From an uncultured Clostridium sp. (lineage in GTDB: Bacteria; Bacillota; Clostridia; Christensenellales; CAG-138), in the NCBI GenBank assembly GCA_964392455.1, contig CAYMPG010000001.1:8050-72049 (forward strand): a stretch of DNA of 64,000 bases, in the 5' to 3' direction. Below the pieces are notes generated by a model. It was not told the origin of the DNA, searched no databases, and saw nothing but the letters and a program-made list of their open reading frames with translations. The position numbers were made by a program, and so were the translations under genes. How positions within the stretch are numbered: the stretch's first letter is position 1; every line of letters begins with the position of its first letter. This document shows, one piece after another, positions 18,642 to 27,415 of the stretch.

Positions 18642-19548
18642 TATCCAGGCTCCTTTGTGCAGGGTATTCTTCCATGGGTATGCCCATTATTACAGTGCGG
18701 GCGTATTTTATGAATGTACGGGCCGCAAGGGGGGCGTTTGCAAGGGAGCGCACGGCTATGCCCAGAGGCCGGTACTGACAGGGGGCGAATTCCTTTATTA
18801 CCACATCGGTATTTATATCCGCCAGTATCATTTCAGGCACCATGCTTATGCCCAGCCCGTGCTGCACCATGGCCACTATGGCCCTGAAATCCATTGAGGA
18901 GAATACCACCCTTGGGCCGGATTCAAGGCCATCTATAATGTGCTTGATATCCGAATCAAATCCGGCGGAGGGCATGATAAAGGGCTGATTGGCTATATCT
19001 GAAAGCACCAGCGCATCCTTCTGTGCAAGGGGATGCCCCTTTGGCAGCAGCACGACTATTCTGTCATTTGCAAGGGGTATCCATTCGTTAACGCCGCTGG
19101 GGTTGCTCATGAAGGCGAAGTCTATGGTGCCATCGCTGAGCTGCTTTTCGATGAGGGGGTCGTTATCCAGCTCCGCGAGCTCTATGCGTATGCCGGGATA
19201 ATCCTGGCTGAAGCGCTGTATTATCCGGGGCATCCAGAATATGGATACGCTGGTGTAGGTGCCTATGCGTATGCGGCCTGAGCTCATGCCCCGTATGTTT
19301 GAGGCGTATTGGGAGAGGCGCTCTGTGGCGTTTACTATTTCCCTTATGGTGGGCAGCAGCTCCTCCCCGTCAGGGGTAAGGCGCACGCCGCCCTTGCCGC
19401 GGATGAGAAGCTGAAAGCCCAGCTCGTTTTCTATGCTTTTTATAAGATGGCTCACGCCGGACTGGGTGAAGCCCATCTCATCCCCGGCGGCGGTAAGGTT
19501 GCCTGCCTCAATGGCCTTGAGCAGCACCTCGAGCTTTTTTGTATCCAT
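18625..19548 (-). CDS. LysR-family transcriptional regulator
   Basis: Start trimmed to ATG 19548. HTH segment LTAAGDEMGFTQSGVSHLIKSIENELG followed by a LysR substrate-binding domain. Confidence 0.9.
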   Translation of the reverse strand: MDTKKLEVLLKAIEAGNLTAAGDEMGFTQSGVSHLIKSIENELGFQLLIRGKGGVRLTPDGEELLPTIREIVNATERLSQYASNIRGMSSGRIRIGTYTSVSIFWMPRIIQRFSQDYPGIRIELAELDNDPLIEKQLSDGTIDFAFMSNPSGVNEWIPLANDRIVVLLPKGHPLAQKDALVLSDIANQPFIMPSAGFDSDIKHIIDGLESGPRVVFSSMDFRAIVAMVQHGLGISMVPEMILADINTDVVIKEFAPCQYRPLGIAVRSLANAPLAARTFIKYARTVIMGIPMEEYPAQRSLDNENDM

Positions 19549-19720
19549 TGGGTCATCCTTTCTCAAATGTAAATGAAAGAAATAAAATCTGGAATAAATA
19601 TGAGAATAACTCATCGTGTACTTTAAATTGTATAATGCATTTTGCCCGAATACAAGGGTAAAGATAAAAAACTGTCAAAATTTACGCAAAGCATATAAAA
19701 CCCAATAGCACTTTTTACTT

Positions 19721-19749
19721 TTTACAAATATATGCCATGGTGATATAAT
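19721..19749 (+). promoter_or_regulatory. Sigma-A promoter upstream of selD
   Basis: TTTACA, 17-nt spacer, TATAAT with an upstream TG (extended -10). Confidence 0.6.
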
Positions 19750-19786
19750 GAAAATGATAATATGCATAAGAAAGGTTTTTTGCGCT

Positions 19787-20830
19787 ATGGATGAAGTACG
19801 CCTTACCAGTATGACCAGCTGCGGAGGGTGAGCGGCCAAGATAGGTCCGGGGACCCTGGACGAGATGCTTGCAGCCCTGCCCCGCAGCGAAACGCCTGAC
19901 CCTAATCTGCTGGTGGGCTTTGATACGGCGGATGATGCCGCAGTATACCGGGTAAGCCCGGATATTGCCATAATACAGACGGTGGACTTTTTCCCGCCCA
20001 TGGTGGATGATCCCTATGCATTCGGCCAGGTGGCGGCGGCAAATGCCCTCAGCGATATATACGCCATGGGTGGCACGCCGAAGCTGGCGCTGAATCTGTT
20101 TTGCTTCCCGTCAAATAAGCTTTCTCGGGAGGCCATACAGGGCATACTTGCAGGGGGAGCTGATAAGGTGCTGGAGGCAGGGGCCACCCTCTGCGGCGGC
20201 CATACCATAGAGGACCCTGAGCCAAAGTACGGCCTTGCGGTCACAGGCTTTGTACATCCCGACAGGGTGCTGCCCAATTCCTCTGCAAGGGAGGGAGACC
20301 TGCTCATACTTACCAAGCCCATAGGCAGCGGCGTGCTTACCACGGCGGCCAAGGCGGGGCTGCTGGATGATGAGGCGTACAGCCTGCTGATAAGGGTGAT
20401 GACCACGCTGAATTCCGGCGCACAGAAGGCCATGCTCAATTACAGCGTAAATTCCTGCACCGATATAACGGGCTTTGGCCTGCTGGGCCATCTCAGGGAG
20501 ATGGCGGAGGGCAGCGGGCTCACCGCCGAGATAATTGCCGAGAATGTGCCGCTGATGGAGGCGGCTGTGCCCTTTGCAAATATGGGCATAATCCCCGGCG
20601 GTGCATACCGCAACAGGGAGTTTGCAGGGGACAGGGTGCTGATAGGGGAGAGCGTAAAGCGCTCCACGTCAGACCTGCTCTTTGACCCACAGACCTCCGG
20701 CGGCCTGCTCATTAGCCTGCCTGAGGCTCAGGCGGTAAGGCTCCTTGAGGATATTCGCTCCTTTGCGCCGGAGGCAGCCATAATAGGCCGCATGAAGGCC
20801 AGGGCAGAGCGGGCGATAGAGGTAAAATAG
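19787..20830 (+). CDS. selD: Selenide, water dikinase (selenophosphate synthetase) with in-frame UGA = selenocysteine
   Basis: Extending ORF 19865..20830 upstream in frame gives MDEVRLTSMTSCGG-TGA-AAKIGPGTLDEML. The TGA (19829-19831) lies 3 residues before the conserved Lys, which is the position of the catalytic Cys/Sec. The rest aligns to SelD (DDAAVY, DFF.P.VDDP, GGH, DPQTSGGLL). Confidence 0.85.
19829..19855 (+). other. Sec codon plus candidate SECIS hairpin
   Basis: TGA followed 12 nt later by GGTCC-GG-GGACC (or GGTC-CGGG-GACC). Confidence 0.45.
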
Positions 20831-20862
20831 ATATAATCAGGCTAAGGAGGAAAAAACACATT

Positions 20863-21660
20863 ATGAAGCTGGCGATAACTGCACCAAATGGCAAGATGGG
20901 AAGGCTGGTGATAAGGGAAGCGCTTAAGCGCCCGGATGACTTTGAGATAGTGGGCGCAATCGCTCCTGCCGGCCGTGACTATATCGGCAAGGATATAGGC
21001 GACGTGGCAAGGACAGGCCACGCAAACGCATTGGCCTATGATGATGCCGAAAAGGTAGTGGCCATGTGTGACGGCGTGGTGGATTTTTCCACGGTGGAGT
21101 CCTCCATGGCGGTGCTGAGGGCCTGTGTAAAGTATAAAAAGCCCCTTATGCTGGGCACCACCGGCTTCAGCAAGGAGCAGGAGGCGGAAATAGAGGAGGC
21201 CGCAAAGGTTATTCCCATACTTGTGGCCCACAATACCTCCAAGGCGGTAAACCTCATATATGAGCTGGCCCGCATAATGACAAGGACGCTGGGCGCAGAG
21301 TCTGATATTGAAATAATAGAAATGCACGACAACAAAAAGCTGGACGCTCCCAGCGGCACCTCCAAGGAGCTGGGCAGCGCCATAGCTGAGGAGCTGGGCG
21401 TAAACCTTATGGACGTTGCAGACTTTGGCCGCAAGGGCAGGGGCGTGCGGGAAAAGGGCCATATAGGCTATCACTCCGTGCGTGCAGGGGATATTTCCAG
21501 CACACATACCCTCATGTTCGGCATGGAGGGCGAGCGCATTGAGATAACCCACCGCTCCTACGATTTCGGCACCTTTGCCAAGGGCTCACTGGATGGCATA
21601 CTTTTCCTGCTGGATAAGGAGCCGCGCATATATGCCTACAAAGAGGTGCTGGGCTTCTGA
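20863..21660 (+). CDS. dapB: 4-hydroxy-tetrahydrodipicolinate reductase (DapB family)
   Basis: Motif EMHDNKKLDAPSGTS (compare E(A)HHxxKxDAPSGTA) and an N-terminal NGKMGR nucleotide-binding loop. Confidence 0.8.
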   Translation: MKLAITAPNGKMGRLVIREALKRPDDFEIVGAIAPAGRDYIGKDIGDVARTGHANALAYDDAEKVVAMCDGVVDFSTVESSMAVLRACVKYKKPLMLGTTGFSKEQEAEIEEAAKVIPILVAHNTSKAVNLIYELARIMTRTLGAESDIEIIEMHDNKKLDAPSGTSKELGSAIAEELGVNLMDVADFGRKGRGVREKGHIGYHSVRAGDISSTHTLMFGMEGERIEITHRSYDFGTFAKGSLDGILFLLDKEPRIYAYKEVLGF

Positions 21661-21669
21661 TAAGACAGG

Positions 21670-21702
21670 ATTTCCGGGGAAATATCTCCCCGGAAATTTT
21701 TT
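21670..21702 (+). terminator. Intrinsic terminator after dapB
   Basis: ATTTCCGGGGA-AATATC-TCCCCGGAAAT followed by TTTTT. Confidence 0.8.
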
Positions 21703-21713
21703 ATTCCAGGGTA

Positions 21714-21744
21714 TTGACCCTCACCCTGCGTAATGGAGTAAGCT
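21714..21744 (+). promoter_or_regulatory. MerR-type promoter with a 19-nt spacer
   Basis: TTGACC, 19-nt spacer, TAAGCT. The -10 abuts the first ATG of the MerR gene. Confidence 0.45.
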
Positions 21745-21750
21745 ATGCCC

Positions 21751-22479
21751 ATGATGACAGTAAAGGAAGTAAGCGAAAAAGCCGGCGTGAGCGTACGCAC
21801 GCTGCATTATTATGACCAGATAGGCCTGCTGAGGCCAGATGGCGTTACCGAGGCAGGATACAGGCTGTATAGCCATGAAAGCCTGCTGAGGCTGCAAAGC
21901 ATACTGCTGCTGAGGGAGCTGGAATTTCCTCTTAAGGCCATAATGAGGATACTGGATGCCTCTCAGGTGGATAAGGCTGCCGCCATGGAGCAGCAGATAC
22001 GCCTGCTGACAATGAAGCGCAACAGGCTATCAGGGCTTATTTCCCTTGCCGAAAGAATAAGAAAGGGAGAAAACATAGTGGATCTTAAGGCATTTGATAA
22101 AAGCAGCATAGATAAATATGCAAAGGAGGCAAAGGAACGCTGGGGAAATACCCCTGAGTACAGGGAGAGTGAAAAACGCATGGAGCAGCAGGGGGCAGCC
22201 GGATGGAAAAACGCAGCTCAGGCCATAATGGATTGCTTTGTGGGCCTTGGCGGGCTTAAGGATATGGAGCCGGCGGCTGAGCAGGTGCAGCTTCAGGTAA
22301 AGGAGCTGCAGGATACCATCACTGCCACGTTTTTTAGCTGTACAAAGGAAACACTTGCACAGCTTGGCAAAATGTATGTGGGGGATGAGCGCTTCCGCAG
22401 CAACATAGACCAGGCGGGCGGCGAGGGTACGGCGGAATTTGCCGCCCGGGCCATAGAGGAATACTGCAAACAGCGCTAA
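21751..22479 (+). CDS. MerR-family regulator with a TipAS-like C-terminal domain
   Basis: MMTVKEVSEKAGVSVRTLHYYDQIGLL HTH. C-terminal TipAS-like region. Start is ambiguous (21745, 21751 or 21754) and may be leaderless. Confidence 0.85.
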   Translation: MMTVKEVSEKAGVSVRTLHYYDQIGLLRPDGVTEAGYRLYSHESLLRLQSILLLRELEFPLKAIMRILDASQVDKAAAMEQQIRLLTMKRNRLSGLISLAERIRKGENIVDLKAFDKSSIDKYAKEAKERWGNTPEYRESEKRMEQQGAAGWKNAAQAIMDCFVGLGGLKDMEPAAEQVQLQVKELQDTITATFFSCTKETLAQLGKMYVGDERFRSNIDQAGGEGTAEFAARAIEEYCKQR

Positions 22480-22482
22480 ATT

Positions 22483-22509
22483 AAAAATGCCCCTGGTAGG
22501 GGCATTTTT
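22483..22509. terminator. Terminator after the MerR gene
   Basis: AAAAATGCCCCT-GGT-AGGGGCATTTTT. Confidence 0.8.
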
Positions 22510-22670
22510 AGTGTTTCTATTTTTCGGGGGAAAACAAATCATCAGGGATGCATGGTGCTGCCGATGTCGTGCTTTGATATATCGATCAACCTTACCCCCG
22601 CCTTTGTGCGTCTCTGACTTTCATGTCTTATCTCCTGTCGATAGAGCATTGAGAAAAAGGAGAAAATTAT

Positions 22671-22699
22671 ACCGCCCGGGCAGCTTCAGCCCGGGCGGT
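22671..22699 (-). terminator. Terminator of the minus-strand ABC operon
   Basis: ACCGCCCGGGC-AGCTTCA-GCCCGGGCGGT with a T-rich minus-strand tail. Confidence 0.7.
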
Positions 22700-22712
22700 T
22701 GCAAATCAGCTT

Positions 22713-23102
22713 TTATCTGCCCGGCAGCCTTTTGCCGCAGCCGGGACAATAATCATAGTCCGCCGCAACGCTGCGCCCGCAGTAGGGGCAGAAGCCTGCG
22801 GCATCTGAGGGCTCGCTCCGGTAGGTCTGCTGGCTGCCAAAGCGTGTATTCAGGGGGTCGGGCTCCTCGGTGCTGTCCGTAATATCGTAGGCAGAGTAGC
22901 GGTTTTCCCCGGTGGCATTTTTATAGTGATATACGGCATTGACTACGCCAATTATTATGAACAGCACGCCAAACAGGATAAACATTGGCGGTGCGCCTGC
23001 TGAAATCACCATTATAGTCCAGATAATGCCGAATATTACTCCCACTACAGAGCCCATGGCATTCATGCCGGAAGGGCCTCGGCCGGGCTTTATGCTTTTC
23101 AT
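22713..23102 (-). CDS. Membrane protein with a C-terminal zinc-ribbon
   Basis: Two TM segments followed by CPYCG...CPGCG. AGGAG RBS. Last gene of the operon. Confidence 0.6.
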   Translation of the reverse strand: MKSIKPGRGPSGMNAMGSVVGVIFGIIWTIMVISAGAPPMFILFGVLFIIIGVVNAVYHYKNATGENRYSAYDITDSTEEPDPLNTRFGSQQTYRSEPSDAAGFCPYCGRSVAADYDYCPGCGKRLPGR

Positions 23103-23114
23103 GATGTAGTTCTC

Positions 23115-24410
23115 CTATTCGTTTCGTATGGCGGTAAGAGGGCTGAGGCGCATTGCACGTATGGCAGGATAAAGGCCGGAAACAAGAGCCACGCCTATGG
23201 AGAATACCAGCGCGCCGGCTGCCAGCCACAGGGGTATGAGGGCTCTGAAGCCGCTGGAGCCTATGAAGTGATTTATCAGGGCTGCAAGGCCGTAGCTTAT
23301 ACCAAGGCCCAGCGCTCCGCCAAGGAGGCCGATAAAGGCTGCCTCAGCAAGAAACAGCTCTGCAATATTATCCATCCGGCAGCCCAGCACCTTTATTATG
23401 CCTATCTCACGGGTGCGCTCGTATATGCTCATCATCATGGTGTTCATTATGCCGATGGCCGCCACCAGCAGGGATACGCCGCCAATGGCTCCCAGCAGGT
23501 ACTGTATCTGCTGCATCTGCTTTTCGGCCTGCTCGAGGGAATCCTGCAGGCTGTTGGTGCCGTAGCCCATGGCGTCTATTGCGTCCTTTACCGTGGCTAC
23601 GGAATCAGTGCTGTCGCATTTTACCAGCACGCTGTCGTAGTTTGAGGTATTGAGGGACATGAATTGCTCGTTTTCCTTGGCGAGCTTTTGCAGGGCATCG
23701 ATGTCCATAAGGCAGTACCAGCTAAATTCGTTATTATCTGGCGATACCATGCCCACAGGCTCTATGCGGTAGGTCTTGCCGGGCACATAATTGGGGTCTG
23801 AATCCGGTGTGCCGTATATGGTATTGTAATCAAAGGTGAGCTGAAAGCGGGATTCCATGGTGATTTTCGGATTGCCATCCTTGTCAAGGGCCTGCTTTCC
23901 GCTATCCGGATTGTAAAACCAATTGAGCACATCCTCGCTCATAACTATTTCGTAGGTGGAGCCGCCCCGCCTGTATTCAGGGTAACGCCCCTCAGAAAGC
24001 TCTATACCAAACTGCCCGGCAACCTCGCCATCCACAGCCAGTATGCTTACATCCGATACATACTTGCCGCTTTTGAGCATGCCATAGGCGGTTATCCGGG
24101 GCATAACGGCGGTTACGCCGGGTATCTGGCGGATGGTTTCCACAGCCTTTTTATCCAGCTTCGTTTCGGTGCTGGAGCCGCCGTTGCCATCGGGGTTTTC
24201 CACCCACCGCCAGGAGCTTACTGTTATATTGGTAAGGCTGCCCATGCTTTCGTAGCTCTCCAGCGTGGCCTGCCGTATACCTACGCCCAGCGACATCATT
24301 ACTACTATGGAGGATACGCCTATCACCATGCCAAGCACTGTAAGCACGGCTCTCAGCTTTCTCCTCCACAGGTTCATGAAGGCCATTCTTAGAAGGTCTG
24401 AAAAAATCAT
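23115..24410 (-). CDS. FtsX/MacB-type ABC transporter permease
   Basis: N-terminal TM (LRAVLTVLGMVIGVSSIVVMMSLG), a large periplasmic domain and a C-terminal FtsX 3-TM bundle. Confidence 0.85.
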   Translation of the reverse strand: MIFSDLLRMAFMNLWRRKLRAVLTVLGMVIGVSSIVVMMSLGVGIRQATLESYESMGSLTNITVSSWRWVENPDGNGGSSTETKLDKKAVETIRQIPGVTAVMPRITAYGMLKSGKYVSDVSILAVDGEVAGQFGIELSEGRYPEYRRGGSTYEIVMSEDVLNWFYNPDSGKQALDKDGNPKITMESRFQLTFDYNTIYGTPDSDPNYVPGKTYRIEPVGMVSPDNNEFSWYCLMDIDALQKLAKENEQFMSLNTSNYDSVLVKCDSTDSVATVKDAIDAMGYGTNSLQDSLEQAEKQMQQIQYLLGAIGGVSLLVAAIGIMNTMMMSIYERTREIGIIKVLGCRMDNIAELFLAEAAFIGLLGGALGLGISYGLAALINHFIGSSGFRALIPLWLAAGALVFSIGVALVSGLYPAIRAMRLSPLTAIRNE

Positions 24411-24412
24411 TC

Positions 24413-26158
24413 CTAAATATCTTCCTCCAGCATGCGCTCGCGGCGCTTACGCAGCGCCTTTACGCCCACAGTGCCGCCGCCACCGGCAGCGCCTGCACAG
24501 AGTACCCAGCCCCACCAGGGGAAGCCCTTGCTTTCGGCCTCAGGCTCCTGCATCATTTCCTCCTCCATGGGGTCAGGCATCATGGCGGCAGGGTCTTCAA
24601 CGTAGAGGGTGAAGGGGAGCCGCTCCTCGCCGGGCTCGCCGTATACATCCTCGTAGGATATGACTATTTCGCCTGCTATATCTCCCGCCTCTGAGGGGAT
24701 GATGGCAAAGTCGGCAGAGAGGGTAGCGCCGGGGGCAAGGGTGCCGCCAAAGTAGCTTTCCTCCATCTTGAGCCCCTGGCCTTCAACATCCACCATGCAG
24801 TTATACACGCTGGAGCGGCCCATATTGTACATTCGTACATACATGGAGCAGCTGGAATCCACCCAGCCCATCTCATCGTATATCACAGGGTCATCGCACT
24901 TGAGGCGGATTTTTTGCAATATGGGTATGGAGATGGTTTCAGTGGTGGTATGGGATGCATTGGTGGAGGCGGATTCATAGGTGAATTCAAGGCTCAAGGT
25001 GTATGCCTTCGCCTCGGCATCAGGGGCAGTTTGCAGGGAAATCTTCTGAGAGGAGCTGCCCTCACGGGATATTTTGGAAACGTAAAGGGAGTTGCTGCCG
25101 CCGCTTGCAGGTACTACTGTGGCGGAGGTGGCATCTGCATCCTTTACCCTTATCTGCACATTCTGTATGGTTTCAGATGAGGAGGTATTCTTCAGGGTAA
25201 AGTCCAGCTCAAAGGTTTCGCCGGCGTATATCTTATCAGAGCTGAGGGAGTAGCTTTCGATTATCAGTCGGGGCACCGATGCTGAGGAGGCATCGCCGGT
25301 GGTGGCGGTAAGGCCCTTGCGTACATTTACAAATATGCTTACGGTGCCGCTCTTGAGCTCACCATCGCCATTGCGGTAGGTAACGGTGAAATCTACCTGC
25401 TTTACGCCCACTGTGGCTTTTTTGCTCATACGCAGGGGGTACATGAATTCTATCACCTGCCCTGCGGACATGGTGCCGGGGAAGCTGAGGGTATAATCCA
25501 CAAGGTCGATATCAAAGGGGAATTTTTCCACATCGGTGCTGAGCACGGGTGTGACCTTTACGTCGTATACATAGCCCTTTGTGCATACAAGGGGCAGGCG
25601 GATGGTAATATCCTCGCCGTAGTCACCGGAGGGGGTGGATACGGTTGCGCCGGAGGGATCCACATTGCTGGCCCTGATGCGGAATTCCGTATCAGCAGTG
25701 GGGGTCTCCTCAGGAGCCTGGGTGGCGGCAGGGGTACGGGATATGGAAAAATCCGAGCAACTCGAAGATGCCACGAGGGTCTTGCCGTCATTTTCATAGT
25801 TGAAGAGGAAAGTAAGGTCTCCCGCGGTGCTTCCGCTGCCTGCAAGTGCTGCATCCACATTTATGGCCTTTGTGCTGTTTGCAGGTATTTCAATTACGCC
25901 GGAGCTGGTGCCCGGGGTGGCATCGGATGCCGAGGCGGAAACTATTGCACCATTGCTGGGCTGCACCGCAGCGAGCTTAATGGGATAGGTATTGGTATTG
26001 GATATTTCCACAGTCATGGCGAGGTTGCCATTGTTTTCTGTAAAGGTACGATTTTTCGCAGAAACCGATATGCCGTCATCTGCCATTGCAAAGGAGCAAA
26101 GGGACAACATGGCCCCCATAACAAGTATAAGTGAGATAAAGCGCTTAGTTCTGTTCAT
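24413..26158 (-). CDS. Secreted, C-terminally membrane-anchored multi-domain protein (COG1361/CARDB-like Ig-fold repeats)
   Basis: Signal peptide MNRTKRFISLILVMGAMLSLCSFAMA. Repeated beta-rich modules. C-terminal TM followed by KALRKRRER. Confidence 0.6.
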   Translation of the reverse strand: MNRTKRFISLILVMGAMLSLCSFAMADDGISVSAKNRTFTENNGNLAMTVEISNTNTYPIKLAAVQPSNGAIVSASASDATPGTSSGVIEIPANSTKAINVDAALAGSGSTAGDLTFLFNYENDGKTLVASSSCSDFSISRTPAATQAPEETPTADTEFRIRASNVDPSGATVSTPSGDYGEDITIRLPLVCTKGYVYDVKVTPVLSTDVEKFPFDIDLVDYTLSFPGTMSAGQVIEFMYPLRMSKKATVGVKQVDFTVTYRNGDGELKSGTVSIFVNVRKGLTATTGDASSASVPRLIIESYSLSSDKIYAGETFELDFTLKNTSSSETIQNVQIRVKDADATSATVVPASGGSNSLYVSKISREGSSSQKISLQTAPDAEAKAYTLSLEFTYESASTNASHTTTETISIPILQKIRLKCDDPVIYDEMGWVDSSCSMYVRMYNMGRSSVYNCMVDVEGQGLKMEESYFGGTLAPGATLSADFAIIPSEAGDIAGEIVISYEDVYGEPGEERLPFTLYVEDPAAMMPDPMEEEMMQEPEAESKGFPWWGWVLCAGAAGGGGTVGVKALRKRRERMLEEDI

Positions 26159-26891
26159 CGTTAGCCTCCGGGCAAGTATTCTGTGCTGTAACAGGGTGTG
26201 AGTTATAGGTTATCTCGGTTATGCGGCCATCCAGTATTCTGATGACCTTGTCGGCATATTCTGCCATATTGGGATCGTGGGTGACCATTATAAAGGTCTT
26301 ATTATGGCTGCGTACCGTTTGGCTGATGCTGGACATTACCTCATCGGAGGTGGCGGAATCCAGATTTCCGGTGGGCTCATCCGCAAAGATTATATCCGGG
26401 TCAGATGCAAGGGCACGGGCTATGCCTATGCGCTGCTGCTGGCCGCCGGACATCTGCCCGGGCATATGGGCCATATGGCTCTCCAGCCCCACGTCCTTTA
26501 TGGCATCCTTTGCAATACGCATACGCTGATTGTAGGGCACGCCCTTAAAGGCGAGGGGCAGGGCAACGTTTTCCAGCGCCGTATAATAGGGCATAAGGTT
26601 GAAGGACTGGAATATGAAGCCCACGTATTTCTGGCGGAAAAGAATAAGCTCGCTCTGGTTCATGCGCTCCAGATGCTTGCCGTTTATTATTACCTGGCCT
26701 GAGGTGACCGGCTCAAGCCCCGCAAGCAGGTTAAGCAGGGTGGACTTGCCGCTGCCGCTGCGGCCGATTATGCAGCAAAATTCTCCGGGCATTATATCAA
26801 GATCCACGCCTCTCAGGGCGTGAACGTCCACAGTGCCCACCCGGTATGTTTTCTTTGCGTCACGGACGCTGATGATAGGCTTTTGCTCCAT
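26145..26891 (-). CDS. ABC transporter ATP-binding protein (MacB-like)
   Basis: Walker A GRSGSGKST, signature MSGGQQQR, Walker B IIFADEPTGNLD. Overlaps the next gene by 14 nt. Confidence 0.9.
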   Translation of the reverse strand: MEQKPIISVRDAKKTYRVGTVDVHALRGVDLDIMPGEFCCIIGRSGSGKSTLLNLLAGLEPVTSGQVIINGKHLERMNQSELILFRQKYVGFIFQSFNLMPYYTALENVALPLAFKGVPYNQRMRIAKDAIKDVGLESHMAHMPGQMSGGQQQRIGIARALASDPDIIFADEPTGNLDSATSDEVMSSISQTVRSHNKTFIMVTHDPNMAEYADKVIRILDGRITEITYNSHPVTAQNTCPEANDEQN

Positions 26892-27130
26892 CTTTTTATC
26901 TCCTGGATGGGATTATCATATATAGAATTTTAGCTGCACCCATACTATATGGCAAGTTAACAAATCATTAATTTGGCAAATAAGTGAATAAACCGTGTCA
27001 ATCAGGAAAAAGCTGCGCTACAAGGCCCTGTTTTGGCGGGCCAGCTCGGGGTGCTAAAATCCCGTCACAGGCGGGATTTTCCCCCTGCCGGGGTCGCACC
27101 CTTCAAGTCCCCCTGGCCGCTTAATACAAC

Positions 27131-27159
27131 ACAAAAGGCATCCAATGGATGCCTTTTGT
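27131..27159. terminator. Hairpin terminator downstream of tRNA-Leu
   Basis: ACAAAAGGCATCC-AAT-GGATGCCTTTTGT. Confidence 0.7.
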
Positions 27160-27162
27160 ATT

Positions 27163-27245
27163 TGGTGCGGCCAGTGAGACTTGAACTCACACGGTCTCCC
27201 ATACGCCCCTCAAACGTACGCGTCTGCCTATTCCGCCATGGCCGC
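27163..27245 (-). tRNA. tRNA-Leu (anticodon GAG), type II with long variable arm, CCA encoded
   Basis: Manual cloverleaf. Acceptor GCGGCCA/TGGCCGC. Anticodon stem TACGT/GCGTA with loop TTGAGGG. T arm GTGAG-TTCAAGT-CTCAC. Confidence 0.9.
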
Positions 27246-27415
27246 ATATTAAGTTTTGCAACGAAAACAATTATACATAAAGCGCCTCCAAATGTCAAGG
27301 CGTAAATTGTGAAGAGGAAGCATTTTTTATAGCAAAAATATATTGCCTTTCATATTATATAGCAACCCTATGTCCCTCAGGCCAAAATGGGACGCAAGAA
27401 AGGAATTCTATCTCA

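Noticed and set aside
22487-22882. A 131-aa plus-strand ORF rich in Arg, Cys and Pro
   Set aside because: It starts inside the MerR terminator and runs antisense into the zinc-ribbon gene, so it is a shadow frame.
27036-27120. Possibility that the structured element is tRNA-Sec (selC), given the Sec-containing selD
   Set aside because: A TCA triplet is present (CTTCAAG), but it lies near the 3' end. No 8/5 acceptor/T-stem arrangement, D arm or T loop can be drawn on either strand.
27033-27305. ORFs 27033..27305 (+) and 27065..27298 (-)
   Set aside because: Both run straight through tRNA-Leu and its terminator, so they are non-coding.
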